This document shows positions 18,518-27,214 of a stretch of DNA of 32,000 bases, piece by piece. Positions within the stretch are counted from its first letter, which is position 1. Each line of letters starts with the position of its first letter. Position numbers and translations under genes: made by a program. Below the pieces are notes generated by a model. That model saw nothing but the letters and a program-made list of their open reading frames with translations. It did not search any database and was not told the DNA's origin. The stretch is from Candidatus Electronema halotolerans (GTDB lineage: Bacteria > Desulfobacterota > Desulfobulbia > Desulfobulbales > Desulfobulbaceae): contig OW818675.1 of NCBI GenBank assembly GCA_942493095.1, positions 2,670,001 to 2,702,000 of the forward strand. Reading direction: 5' to 3'.

Positions 18518-20458
18518 TCAGGCGGAACAGGCTGGTTTCAGGATCAGGACGGAGAGCGGCGGCAGAGTCAGCTCAAGGGAGCTGTCCAAGCCGTGCGACG
18601 GCTCCGGCAATGTGCTGATCAGGCCGTTGCTGATGCCGCCGCCCCAATACACGGCCAGATCGCTGTTGATCAGCTCCCGCCACTGCCCGCCCTTGGGCAT
18701 GCCGATACGGTAACGCTCCCGGACGACTGGGGTGAAATTGCACACCGTCACCAGAACATCGTCGGAATTTTTTCCCCGGCGGATGAAGGAGAAAACCGAG
18801 TTGTCGGAATCATTGGCATTGATCCACGAAAAACCCTGCCAGTCATAATCGTTTTCCCAGAGCGCAGGCTCGGCGCGATAGACGTGGTTCAGGTCGCGGA
18901 CAAAACGCTGCATGCCCTGATGATTTTCCGCCTGCAAGGCCGCCCATTCCAGTCCCCGGTCATGGTTCCATTCCTGCCACTGGCCGAAATCGCCGCCCAT
19001 GAAGAGCAGCTTCTTGCCCGGATAACTCCACATGAAGCCAAAATAAGCCCGCAGATTGGCAAACCGCTGCCAGTCGTCACCCGGCATCTTGCTGACCAAG
19101 GAACCTTTCAGATGCACCACCTCGTCATGCGACAGAGGCAGGATAAAGTTTTCATGAAAGGCATAGAGCATGCCAAAGGTCATCTCATTGTGATGAAACT
19201 TGCGGTGAATCGCCTCATGACTCATATAGGTGAGGGTGTCGTGCATCCAGCCCATGTTCCACTTCAGGCTGAAGCCCAGCCCGCCCAGCCACGTGGGCCG
19301 TGAAACCATAGGCCAGGAGGTGGATTCCTCGGCAATGGTCAGCACGCCGGGAAACAGGCCATGCAGCACCTCGTTGGCCTTGCGCAGGAAGCTGATTGCA
19401 GCCAGATTCTCCCGTCCGCCGTGCTCATTGGGCAGCCACTCGCCTTCCTTGCGGGAATAGTCAAGATAGAGCATTGAGGCGACCGCATCCACCCGCAGGC
19501 CGTCAATATGGTATTTGTCGATCCAGAACAGGGCGTTGGAAATCAGGAAGGAACGCACCTCGTTGCGGCCATAGTTGAAGATCATGGTGCCCCAGTCCTG
19601 ATGCTCACCCTGACGCGGGTCCGCATGGGCGTAAAGATGGGTGCCGTCAAAATAGTTAAGACCAGCCCCGTCTTTAGGGAAATGGGCAGGCACCCAGTCA
19701 AGAATCACGCCAATGCCGTGCTGGTGGCACTGATCGACAAAATACATGAAATCCTGCGGACTGCCAAAGCGGCTGGTCGGGGCGAAAAAGCCCAGCACCT
19801 GATAGCCCCAGGAGGCATCCAAGGGATGCTCGGCAATGGGCAGCAGTTCGATGTGGGTGTAACCCATTTCAACTATGTATGGAATCAGCTCCTCGGCCAG
19901 CTCCAGATAGGTCAGCCACGTTCCATCCTCTTTCCGCTTCCACGAGCTGAGATGCACCTCGTAGGTTGAAATCGGGCTGTTCAATGATTGCCGCTCGGCC
20001 CGCTGCGCCAGCCAGTTGGCATCGTTCCACTGGTAGCTGTCCAGATTGACCGCCACTGAGCCGGTGGAGGGGCGCAGCTCCATAGCAAAGCCGTAAGGGT
20101 CTGACTTGTCAAACTGCTCGTTCTGCTGGGTGATGAGCCGATACTTGTAAACCGTCTGTTCCTGGAGGCCGGGGATGAACAAACTCCATATCCCGGAATC
20201 GCTGGAGTGCATGACATGCTCCTGGCCGTCCCAGCTGTTGAACTCGCCGATCACGCTGACTTGGCGGGCATTGGGCGCCCAGACCGCAAAGACAATGCCT
20301 TCCTGGCCGGCAAAGGAGACGAGATGCGCTCCCATCTTTTCATAGGCCCGCTCGTGCGTGCCTTCACCGATCAAATATTTGTCAAAATCACTCAGCCAGT
20401 TCGCAGGAACCGGCTGGCCAGGATAGGAAAGAGATGATGTGCTCATCAGACAGGACAC
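18518..20458 (-). CDS. glgB: 1,4-alpha-glucan branching enzyme (GH13)
   Basis: [105 protein letters not shown]. Confidence 0.97.
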   Translation of the reverse strand: MSCLMSTSSLSYPGQPVPANWLSDFDKYLIGEGTHERAYEKMGAHLVSFAGQEGIVFAVWAPNARQVSVIGEFNSWDGQEHVMHSSDSGIWSLFIPGLQEQTVYKYRLITQQNEQFDKSDPYGFAMELRPSTGSVAVNLDSYQWNDANWLAQRAERQSLNSPISTYEVHLSSWKRKEDGTWLTYLELAEELIPYIVEMGYTHIELLPIAEHPLDASWGYQVLGFFAPTSRFGSPQDFMYFVDQCHQHGIGVILDWVPAHFPKDGAGLNYFDGTHLYAHADPRQGEHQDWGTMIFNYGRNEVRSFLISNALFWIDKYHIDGLRVDAVASMLYLDYSRKEGEWLPNEHGGRENLAAISFLRKANEVLHGLFPGVLTIAEESTSWPMVSRPTWLGGLGFSLKWNMGWMHDTLTYMSHEAIHRKFHHNEMTFGMLYAFHENFILPLSHDEVVHLKGSLVSKMPGDDWQRFANLRAYFGFMWSYPGKKLLFMGGDFGQWQEWNHDRGLEWAALQAENHQGMQRFVRDLNHVYRAEPALWENDYDWQGFSWINANDSDNSVFSFIRRGKNSDDVLVTVCNFTPVVRERYRIGMPKGGQWRELINSDLAVYWGGGISNGLISTLPEPSHGLDSSLELTLPPLSVLILKPACSA

Positions 20459-20970
20459 CTTGGGGCTGAACGCGGCAGGGCAGGCGGAATAAGACTGCTG
20501 ACTGCCGCTGAAATGGATGATGGAAAAAAACTATCCAGATAAATATAGCTGTTCTGGCGCGGGCTGCAAGTGCTTTTATCCTGCGCGTTCACAGAACGCA
20601 GCTTTCTGTTGTAGCGTGGCGCAGGGTACTTGTCATGCTTTTTCTGTCACTGCCCCGCACTTTTACTGGCAGAGACGCAGGACTGCCTCAATCTGCTCCG
20701 GGCTGCATGCAGGCGATGGGCAGGATGCGGCGTGCTTTTTTTTCTTCATACCCCGAAGGGCTGGGAAAGGCAAGGGATACTCATTGACAGGCTGGCTTTA
20801 TTGGTGGTGTTTTGCAGAAAAATACCAATGGCATTTTTATCCAATTCATCGAACGCGGGTAATTGCCGATGAAATTGACAGGAGGAAGAAAATCAATGAA
20901 AAACTGTTGCGAAAGACTGCGTAATCTGTGGTGATGGCGAGCTGTGCCTGATCAATGAAATGCTCTGTGC

Positions 20971-21873
20971 TCACTTGCTCTTCTTCCGCTTCTGCGGAAC
21001 ATCCTTTTTGGCGCCGCTCTTTTTCCGCACCTGCGGCTCCTGCCGTTCAGCAGCCTCCGTCTCGCGCCACTGCTCCTCAGTCAGCGAGACCTCTGTGCCT
21101 TCCGGCGAGACTGCCAGCACTTTGCCCTGCATGGGCAGCACCCGCGTCACCCGATAGACCGTGCCGTCATGATTGAGCGACTGGCCGGGTTTGGGCATTT
21201 CCTTTTTTATCTCCCGGTAGCTCTCAAACTCATAGGTCAGGCAGCAGAGCAGGCGGTTGCAGACCCCGGAAATCTTGGCCGGATTGAGCGGCAGGTCTTG
21301 GGCCTTGGCCATCTTGATGGACACGGATTCAAAGTTGCGGAGAAAGGAGGCGCAGCACAGCTCCCTGCCGCAGGTGCCGAGGCCGCCAGTCATCTGGGTT
21401 TCGTGGCGCACGCCGATCTGCCGCATCTCCACTCTGGTGCGGAACTCCTGCACCAAGTCCTTGACTAACTCGCGGAAGTCAACCCGGTTTTCAGCAGTGA
21501 AGTAAAAGATGACCTTGGAGCCGTTGAAATAGCACTCCGCCCCCACCAAGTGCATGGGCAGGGCCAAGGCCTTGATCCGCTCCTTGCAGAAGGCGGAAGC
21601 GGCCCGCTCACGGGCAGGCAGTTGCGCGTACCGCTCCTGCTCATCGCTGTAGGCGCGGCGGCTGATCTCGCAGGCGCAGGCTTCGGCCTTGTCCGGGGCC
21701 ACTGTCCGGCAGACGATCACCGCAGGCTCATGTCTGTCCTCTTCCCGGAGCATCACGGTCTCGCCCGGCATGAGATCAGCAATAATGCTGCGGGCAAGGT
21801 GCTCCCGTCCCAGCGGACGGCGGCGGATTCGGCAGTATTGCACTCCCCTGTCTTCTGCTGCGCCTTCTGTCAT
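20971..21873 (-). CDS. ricT: PSP1-domain protein, RicT/YaaT family
   Basis: VGAECYFNGSKVIFYFTAENRVDFRELVKDL, EMRQIGVRHETQMTGGLGTCGRELCCASFL, KISGVCNRLLCCLTYE. Confidence 0.88.
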   Translation of the reverse strand: MTEGAAEDRGVQYCRIRRRPLGREHLARSIIADLMPGETVMLREEDRHEPAVIVCRTVAPDKAEACACEISRRAYSDEQERYAQLPARERAASAFCKERIKALALPMHLVGAECYFNGSKVIFYFTAENRVDFRELVKDLVQEFRTRVEMRQIGVRHETQMTGGLGTCGRELCCASFLRNFESVSIKMAKAQDLPLNPAKISGVCNRLLCCLTYEFESYREIKKEMPKPGQSLNHDGTVYRVTRVLPMQGKVLAVSPEGTEVSLTEEQWRETEAAERQEPQVRKKSGAKKDVPQKRKKSK

Positions 21874-21913
21874 GAATATATATCAGGCCGGAATCCGGCA
21901 AAAAGTCATAAAA

Positions 21914-22897
21914 TCACTGCGTTTCCCGCCCGCAGAACAGGTCCAGGAGCAGCACCTCGCAAACCAAGGCGCGGCTGCAATTTCTCGCCAGATCGCTGCG
22001 GGCGGCCTCAACCGCACTCACCATAGCAGAAAGCTGCGGCAAATTCCAGCCTTCTCTTGCCGCAAGGACATGATCTGCGGACAGTGCTCTGTGGCAGAGG
22101 ATGCTGGTCATGGCTTCCTTGAAAAACAGGGCCAGCAAATCAAGAAAAAGATGCAGCTCATCCTTGAGTTCCGCCAGCCGCTGGGCCAGGTCAAGGGCCT
22201 GCTCCACAGCCTCGGCCTGGCTCATCTGTTCTTTCAGGGCGGCGAGGCATTCCTGATGCAGCTCCAAAACTTCGCTGCTGTGCAAGGCACCGGTGCGGCC
22301 CGGACAGCCGCCAGTGAGCTTGGCCATAGTCCGCACCTCGTCATGACTCAGTTGAGGATGCGTCTGCTGGATGACCTGCGCTGTCTGTTCCTCAGTCAGC
22401 GGGCCAAAGGGAATGACTTGGCAGCGGGAAATGATGGTGTCCAAGAGCGGCTCCGCGTCTGAGGCGACGAGCAGGAGCAGGTTGTCCGGCGGCGGCTCCT
22501 CCAGCAGCTTGAGCAGGCTGTTGGCTGCCTCCCGGCCCATTGTCTGGGTCTCCTCAATGATCACCACCCGCATTCCCCGCTCAAAGGGCGGAAAATGGAG
22601 AGCCTTTTTCAGCTCCCGGACTTGATTGATCTTGATGCCCGCGCCTTCAGGCTGGAGCTGGAGGAAATCAGGATGACTGCCTGCGGCAACCTTGCGGCAG
22701 CCGGGACAGCAGCCGCAGGGCGGGCCGTCGCCTTTGTCGTGACAGAGCAGCTTGGCAGCCAAGGCGCGGGCCGTGCTGCGTTTGCCCACCCCTTCCGGGC
22801 CGGTGAACAGGTAGCCGTGCGCCAGCCTGCCGCCAGCAAGGGCGCGGCAAAGCAGGTTCAAGGCCTTGGGCTGGCCAATGATGTGCGAAAAGGGCAT
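21914..22897 (-). CDS. holB: DNA polymerase III subunit delta'
   Basis: MPFSHIIGQPKALNLLCRALAGGRLAHGYLFTGPEGVGKRSTARALA, Cys cluster CGCCPGC, ANSLLKLLEEPPP, IISRCQVIPFGPL. Start trimmed from 22924. Confidence 0.9.
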   Translation of the reverse strand: MPFSHIIGQPKALNLLCRALAGGRLAHGYLFTGPEGVGKRSTARALAAKLLCHDKGDGPPCGCCPGCRKVAAGSHPDFLQLQPEGAGIKINQVRELKKALHFPPFERGMRVVIIEETQTMGREAANSLLKLLEEPPPDNLLLLVASDAEPLLDTIISRCQVIPFGPLTEEQTAQVIQQTHPQLSHDEVRTMAKLTGGCPGRTGALHSSEVLELHQECLAALKEQMSQAEAVEQALDLAQRLAELKDELHLFLDLLALFFKEAMTSILCHRALSADHVLAAREGWNLPQLSAMVSAVEAARSDLARNCSRALVCEVLLLDLFCGRETQ

Positions 22898-23069
22898 CTG
22901 GAACGCAATCGTTATCTTTCTCAAACCTGTTCAGGCAAAGAGGGAGCAAAGCCGGAAGGTCGGTTTGCGTTGATCTGAAACTGTATGCGGCAGCGTGCAG
23001 GAATGCAATGATTTTCTTGGGCAGGGCTGAAGCATTTCGGAAACCCAGCTTGCAGCCATCCCTGCACCA

Positions 23070-23238
23070 TACTGGTATGCAGCCGCACTGCACAGTGGTG
23101 ATCACGCGCTCCCGACACCAGTGAGGAGCCACGCCGCACACCAGTGATGTCCGTGCCCCGACACTGGTGTGCAGCCGTTATCGATACTGGTGTCGAGCCT
23201 GCCTGCACACTGGTGATCACGCGCTCTCGACACCAGTG
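23070..23238. repeat. 23-bp-period array of eight 8-bp cores (CACTGGTG/CACCAGTG and close variants) in mixed orientation
   Basis: Cores at 23070 (TACTGGTA), 23093 (CAGTGGTG), 23116 (CACCAGTG), 23139 (CACCAGTG), 23162 (CACTGGTG), 23185 (TACTGGTG), 23208 (CACTGGTG) and 23231 (CACCAGTG). Every interval is 23 bp, with 15-nt intervening sequences. Confidence 0.92.
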
Positions 23239-23313
23239 TCGAGCTGAAAGAAAACCCCATGCTGCCGCATAGGTCATTTTCAGGCGCAAGGATAATCAGA
23301 CGAGACGGCGCAG

Positions 23314-23345
23314 AGCCTGTCAAGGAGTCTTCGGACGGCTTTTTT
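23314..23345 (+). terminator. Putative plus-strand intrinsic terminator
   Basis: AGCCTGTC (23314-23321) can pair with GACGGCT (23334-23340) with one bulge; the inner GTC-TTCG-GAC offers an alternative tetraloop. Followed by six T. Confidence 0.5.
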
Positions 23346-23392
23346 GCATGAGCAAAAAAGTGGCGGCAGGGTGATGGCTGAAGAAATGCGCT

Positions 23393-23469
23393 TGGTGCGC
23401 CCGGAGGGATTTGAACCCCCAACCCTCGGATTCGAAGTCCGATGCTCTATCCAGTTGAGCTACGGGCGC
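23393..23469 (-). tRNA. tRNA-Arg (anticodon TCG)
   Basis: GCGCCCGTAGCTCAACTGGATAGAGCATCGGACTTCGAATCCGAGGGTTGGGGGTTCAAATCCCTCCGGGCGCACCA; complete cloverleaf with encoded CCA. Confidence 0.97.
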
Positions 23470-23489
23470 ATGGCGGGGAGACTGAACGC

Positions 23490-23518
23490 AATATAGCGCA
23501 TTCCAAGCAGCGTGGAAA
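23490..23518 (-). promoter_or_regulatory. Putative sigma70 promoter of tRNA-Arg
   Basis: Minus strand TTTCCA (23518-23513), 17 nt, TATATT (23495-23490), about 21 bp upstream of the tRNA 5' end. Confidence 0.5.
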
Positions 23519-23605
23519 GTTTTTTCCGCCTTGGGAGCCGCAATCAGACACGCTTCCTGCCAAGGCAGCAGGAAGCCGGATGCAATCGCCTTGGCTGACG
23601 GCTTG

Positions 23606-24592
23606 TCAAAAAATATAGCCTTCCTGCTTGTACCACTCGCCAGTGCGCTTCAGGCCCTCGTCCAAGTCAATCTTTGGCTGATAGCCCAGCTCGCGCTTGG
23701 CCTTGCTGATGTCAAAGGCCCGGTTCTGGCGGTACCAATCGACCCGGCGGGGGAAAATCGGCGGGGTGATGTTAAAGGGCTTGCAGGCTTTTTCGCAGAC
23801 ATGCCCGGCCAGCACCAGCGGCCAGACCGGATAGTGAGGAATTTTCACCTCCACGCCAAGTGCTTGCGCAGTTTTCCGCACCAAGGTTTCAATGCTGACA
23901 TATTCCTCATCCGCGATCAGATAGGCTTGGCCGCGTCCTTTGCCCGGCTCCATCGCCAGCATGAAGGCATCAGTCAGATTGTCAATATACAGGGGATGAT
24001 ACAAGGTTTTGCCGCTGCCGAACATCGGAAACACGCCCTTGCTTACCCGCCTGAAGATCATCTGAAAACGCTCCGGGTCGCCAGGGCCGTAGATGGCGGT
24101 CGGGCGGATGATCACCGTGTCCATGCCCTTGACGCAATACTCATTAACTATTGGTTCCGCCTCATATTTGGTCTTCTGGTAATAGTCGGCAGGCTGAATG
24201 GGCGCGTTCTCGTCCGCAGGCGGATTGTCAACATTGCCATGCACGCCGCAGGTGGAGCAGTAAACAAACTTCTTCACCTTGTGGGCAAAAGCGGACTCCA
24301 GCACGATGCGGGTGCCTCCCACGTTCACCTCGTCGTAATAGCTGTTCGGCACGTCCAATTCCCGGAAGGCGGCGGCCAGATGGTGAACCACATCCACGCC
24401 TTCCATGCAGCGTTCCACCACTGCTGGCTCAGTGACGCTGCCGATCACCACCTTGGCCCCCCAGGAGCTGATTTCATCGGTCTTCAATCCTTCCTGATAA
24501 TCCAGGCTGACCACCTTGTGGCCAGCTTCAATCAGCCGTTTGACCAAGGCTTTGCCGGTGAAGCCGGTGCCGCCTGTGACAAGCACTTTCAT
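23606..24592 (-). CDS. NAD-dependent epimerase/dehydratase (extended SDR)
   Basis: MKVLVTGGTGFTGKALVKRL Rossmann motif; YYQKTKYEAE (YxxxK); VIIRPTAIYGPGD. Confidence 0.93.
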   Translation of the reverse strand: MKVLVTGGTGFTGKALVKRLIEAGHKVVSLDYQEGLKTDEISSWGAKVVIGSVTEPAVVERCMEGVDVVHHLAAAFRELDVPNSYYDEVNVGGTRIVLESAFAHKVKKFVYCSTCGVHGNVDNPPADENAPIQPADYYQKTKYEAEPIVNEYCVKGMDTVIIRPTAIYGPGDPERFQMIFRRVSKGVFPMFGSGKTLYHPLYIDNLTDAFMLAMEPGKGRGQAYLIADEEYVSIETLVRKTAQALGVEVKIPHYPVWPLVLAGHVCEKACKPFNITPPIFPRRVDWYRQNRAFDISKAKRELGYQPKIDLDEGLKRTGEWYKQEGYIF

Positions 24593-26085
24593 AATGTTTC
24601 TTTGAGTTGATTTATTCTTTCGGGCAGAACCGGCTGCTGCCGGGCTGACTCATTGTCTTCCGGGCCGGTTTTCTTGTTCAGCAGATGGCGGAAACGCTGC
24701 TCATAAAACAGCCCTGCCGGACCGGTGGTGTGCGGTGTATATGGCAGCAGGCCGTGACCGTTGCCGACGATGTTGTCCAATCCGGCAATGATTTCGCCAT
24801 CCGCGTCAGCAGCGGAAAGATGGAGGTCAAGGATGGGCCGGAAAACCTTGATCACGCCGTCCCTGTCCCGCCGGATCAGCATCTTTTCCCAGCGGCGCAG
24901 ATCATATCCTTTCAGCCAGACACCTGCTTTTTTTCTGCCAGTGAGCGTGTCTGTCATGAAGGGGCTGTACTCCTCTCCATTGAGAAACTGCTCCGCCTCA
25001 AAGCTGGACTGCACGGCCAGCGATTCCCATAGCTCGGTGTCTTCAGAATAACTGAGCAGCAGGTGTGTGCCATGATCATTGAAGCTCCACTGCGCATGGC
25101 AGACCTGACAATCCACCTTGCTCTCATACGTTGCATGAGCAGGATGTCTGAGCGTGGGCACGACATGCTCTTTGCCGTCCTGCCGAGCAGTTAGAATAAG
25201 CTGACCGTCTTCAAGGCGCAGATTTTTCAGCGGCAATGTTCTGCCCGGCTTCGGGGCATGGCAGTCCACGCATTTGACTGCCGCCTGCTGGCCGGAAAGT
25301 TCTGCGCCGCTGTGGCAGTCTATGCAGGTCAGGCCGCGCTGTCGGTGAATGTCTTGGGCCAGATCGTGCTGCTCCACCCCGTAAGGCCGGAGAAAGGGTC
25401 GTGGCGTGGCCTGTGGTGAACGGAAGTCACGGCCATAGTCATGCTCGTGCATCCCGGCAAAATCACTGCCCACGTGATTGCCGTAATGACAGCTCAGGCA
25501 CTGCCGCTCGCCCGGCAAGATAAAAGCATGGCTGTCAAGTTTGCCTTCTGTTTTGTCCAGATGGCAGGCAGCGCAGCCCGTGCCGCGCCGGACATAAGGA
25601 TAATTATCTCCAGCCGTATAAACATGGCAGCGCAGGCAGCGGCGGCGGAGCAGATCGTCAACCAGCTCCTCTTTGTTCTGAGGCGGGCCGTTGCGGTCAG
25701 GAATTTTCGTCAGTCCGGCCAAAGGGGCAAGCCCGAAATGGCTGCAAATCAAGTTGACTTCATTTTTCAGCGTGAAATGCGCAGACTGAGCGCAGTTTTC
25801 CGCCTGCCGCGCATGGCATTTGCCGCAGACAGCAGCCATATTTTCAGGGGCAGCGGGTTGGACAATCAAGCCTGCATGAGCCGCATTTTTTTCACTGGCA
25901 CTGCCGCTGCCCTGATGACATTCTGTGCAGGCAAGGTCATGCCTGTTGTCCAAGCGGATGTCGGTGTGATAGCCTTTACAGCCGGATTTAGGGGCAGAAC
26001 GGACTTGTTTGACAGTGTTTTCTTCTTTGCAGCCCGTCATCGCGAAAAGCAGCAGGCCAGCCGCCAGCAGAAAAATTGTTTTCAT
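24589..26085 (-). CDS. Multiheme c-type cytochrome lipoprotein
   Basis: Lipobox FAMTGC; eight CxxCH motifs: CTECH, CGKCH, CLRCH, CAACH, CLSCH, CIDCH, CVDCH, CQVCH. Confidence 0.93.
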   Translation of the reverse strand: MKTIFLLAAGLLLFAMTGCKEENTVKQVRSAPKSGCKGYHTDIRLDNRHDLACTECHQGSGSASEKNAAHAGLIVQPAAPENMAAVCGKCHARQAENCAQSAHFTLKNEVNLICSHFGLAPLAGLTKIPDRNGPPQNKEELVDDLLRRRCLRCHVYTAGDNYPYVRRGTGCAACHLDKTEGKLDSHAFILPGERQCLSCHYGNHVGSDFAGMHEHDYGRDFRSPQATPRPFLRPYGVEQHDLAQDIHRQRGLTCIDCHSGAELSGQQAAVKCVDCHAPKPGRTLPLKNLRLEDGQLILTARQDGKEHVVPTLRHPAHATYESKVDCQVCHAQWSFNDHGTHLLLSYSEDTELWESLAVQSSFEAEQFLNGEEYSPFMTDTLTGRKKAGVWLKGYDLRRWEKMLIRRDRDGVIKVFRPILDLHLSAADADGEIIAGLDNIVGNGHGLLPYTPHTTGPAGLFYEQRFRHLLNKKTGPEDNESARQQPVLPERINQLKETL

Positions 26086-26086
26086 C

Positions 26087-26116
26087 TTGACAACTATAGC
26101 ATGAACCTGCTACATA
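26087..26116 (+). promoter_or_regulatory. Putative promoter of tRNA-Thr
   Basis: Perfect -35 TTGACA (26087-26092), 18-nt spacer, weak -10 TACATA (26111-26116), upstream of the tRNA at 26162. Confidence 0.45.
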
Positions 26117-26161
26117 GAAAAGTCCAGATTGCGCAGGCCGTTCCTGACCTGCGGCAGACGG

Positions 26162-26237
<76 letters not shown>

Positions 26238-26346
26238 TCCTGTGTTTTTCTTGGCTGCTTGATCACGGCGCAATTTTTTTCTGATTGACGGTGTTTTTTC
26301 TTGACTTTTTTTTGAAAAAGTTGGATACATGACATCATGACTTGTT

Positions 26347-26368
26347 GTCACAAAGGTGAGATTGTGAC
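26347..26368. promoter_or_regulatory. Inverted repeat GTCACAA-N8-TTGTGAC, possible operator
   Basis: Perfect 7-bp arms at 26347-26353 and 26362-26368, about 120 bp upstream of the ATG at 26486. Confidence 0.4.
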
Positions 26369-26485
26369 CGAGTCAGCTCGAAAAAATGGCAGCAGAGGAG
26401 GGGAACGCATGACTTGAGGATGTTTTGAGGCAGGGTGTTTTATCTTCTCATATCAAACAAGTGGTTTAAACAAAGGAGTGATTTC

Positions 26486-27076
26486 ATGAGGCTTAAAAAT
26501 TTTTTCATTGCTGCTTCCGCAGCATTTCTACTGATCACGGTGCAGCAAGCCGCTGCGCAACAAGGTCAACCGCCTATGGAGCAACAGCTTCTCCATGCTG
26601 AAAGAGAATATTGGCGGGCCGCCATGTATTTAGCTGATTTGCAGCGGGAAATGGATGATGCTAAAAAAAGCGGTGACTGGAGTGCATACAAAGAGGCAAG
26701 AAAGTTACGCAAGGCCTTTGAAAAAGGTGCATTCAAACAACTCGAAAAAGCCTATAAAGAGGCACAAAAAGGCAATTATATCTGGATTCCAGTGCCAGGA
26801 TGGAATCCGTGGGGAAACAATCCGGGACAACCTGGGCAGGGCGGTGTATGCGATAGAGATCCCGGCCCATGCCTAAAGTGCGAAAATGGCTTTATTGTCC
26901 CAGATGATGGCGACAATCCGAAAAAAAGATGCTATCAGTGCTCAGGTGGTGTAGCCGTGCAGGCCAACGGATATCCCTGCAATGATTACAATCCTTCGAC
27001 ACAAAATGATGTCTGTCGGAACGGGAAGTGCAAAGGCACACCTTTCACCCCGGTCTCTCCTAGCTTGCCCTTCTGA
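26486..27076 (+). CDS. Secreted hypothetical protein with charged helical middle and 8-Cys C-terminal region
   Basis: RBS AAGGAG upstream of ATG 26486; signal peptide MRLKNFFIAASAAFLLITVQQAAAQQ; C-terminal VCDRDPGPCLKCENG...RCYQCSGG...YPCNDYNPSTQNDVCRNGKCKG. Confidence 0.8.
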   Translation: MRLKNFFIAASAAFLLITVQQAAAQQGQPPMEQQLLHAEREYWRAAMYLADLQREMDDAKKSGDWSAYKEARKLRKAFEKGAFKQLEKAYKEAQKGNYIWIPVPGWNPWGNNPGQPGQGGVCDRDPGPCLKCENGFIVPDDGDNPKKRCYQCSGGVAVQANGYPCNDYNPSTQNDVCRNGKCKGTPFTPVSPSLPF

Positions 27077-27132
27077 TCAACTGAATGCCAAGGGAAACCG
27101 AGGCAGACAAGCGGCATAAAACTGATGGATGC

Positions 27133-27171
27133 AACAGAGAAGCGGAGATATTCCGTTTCTCTGTTTTTTTT
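27133..27171 (+). terminator. Intrinsic terminator
   Basis: AACAGAGAAGCGGA / TCCGTTTCTCTGTT, 14-position stem with one G-U pair, 5-nt loop, followed by a run of T. Confidence 0.9.
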
Positions 27172-27214
27172 ATTGTCAACTCAATATCCGCTTCCAGCCT
27201 GCTGATTTTTTTTC

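Noticed and set aside
20517-20924. 135-aa plus-strand ORF in the glgB-ricT gap
   Set aside because: No recognisable motif, odd Cys/Phe/Trp composition, and no convincing RBS seen. Kept only as a low-probability candidate.
23070-23238. CRISPR array
   Set aside because: Cores are only 8 bp, occur in both orientations, and the 15-nt spacers include near-duplicates. No cas genes are in the window.
22668-23422. Minus-strand ORFs 22668..23141, 22921..23289 and 23102..23422
   Set aside because: They read through the 23-bp repeats, the 5' end of holB and intergenic DNA in different frames, with no family-like sequence.
23531-24610. 359-aa plus-strand ORF
   Set aside because: Antisense shadow of the SDR gene, whose Rossmann and YxxxK motifs are clear.
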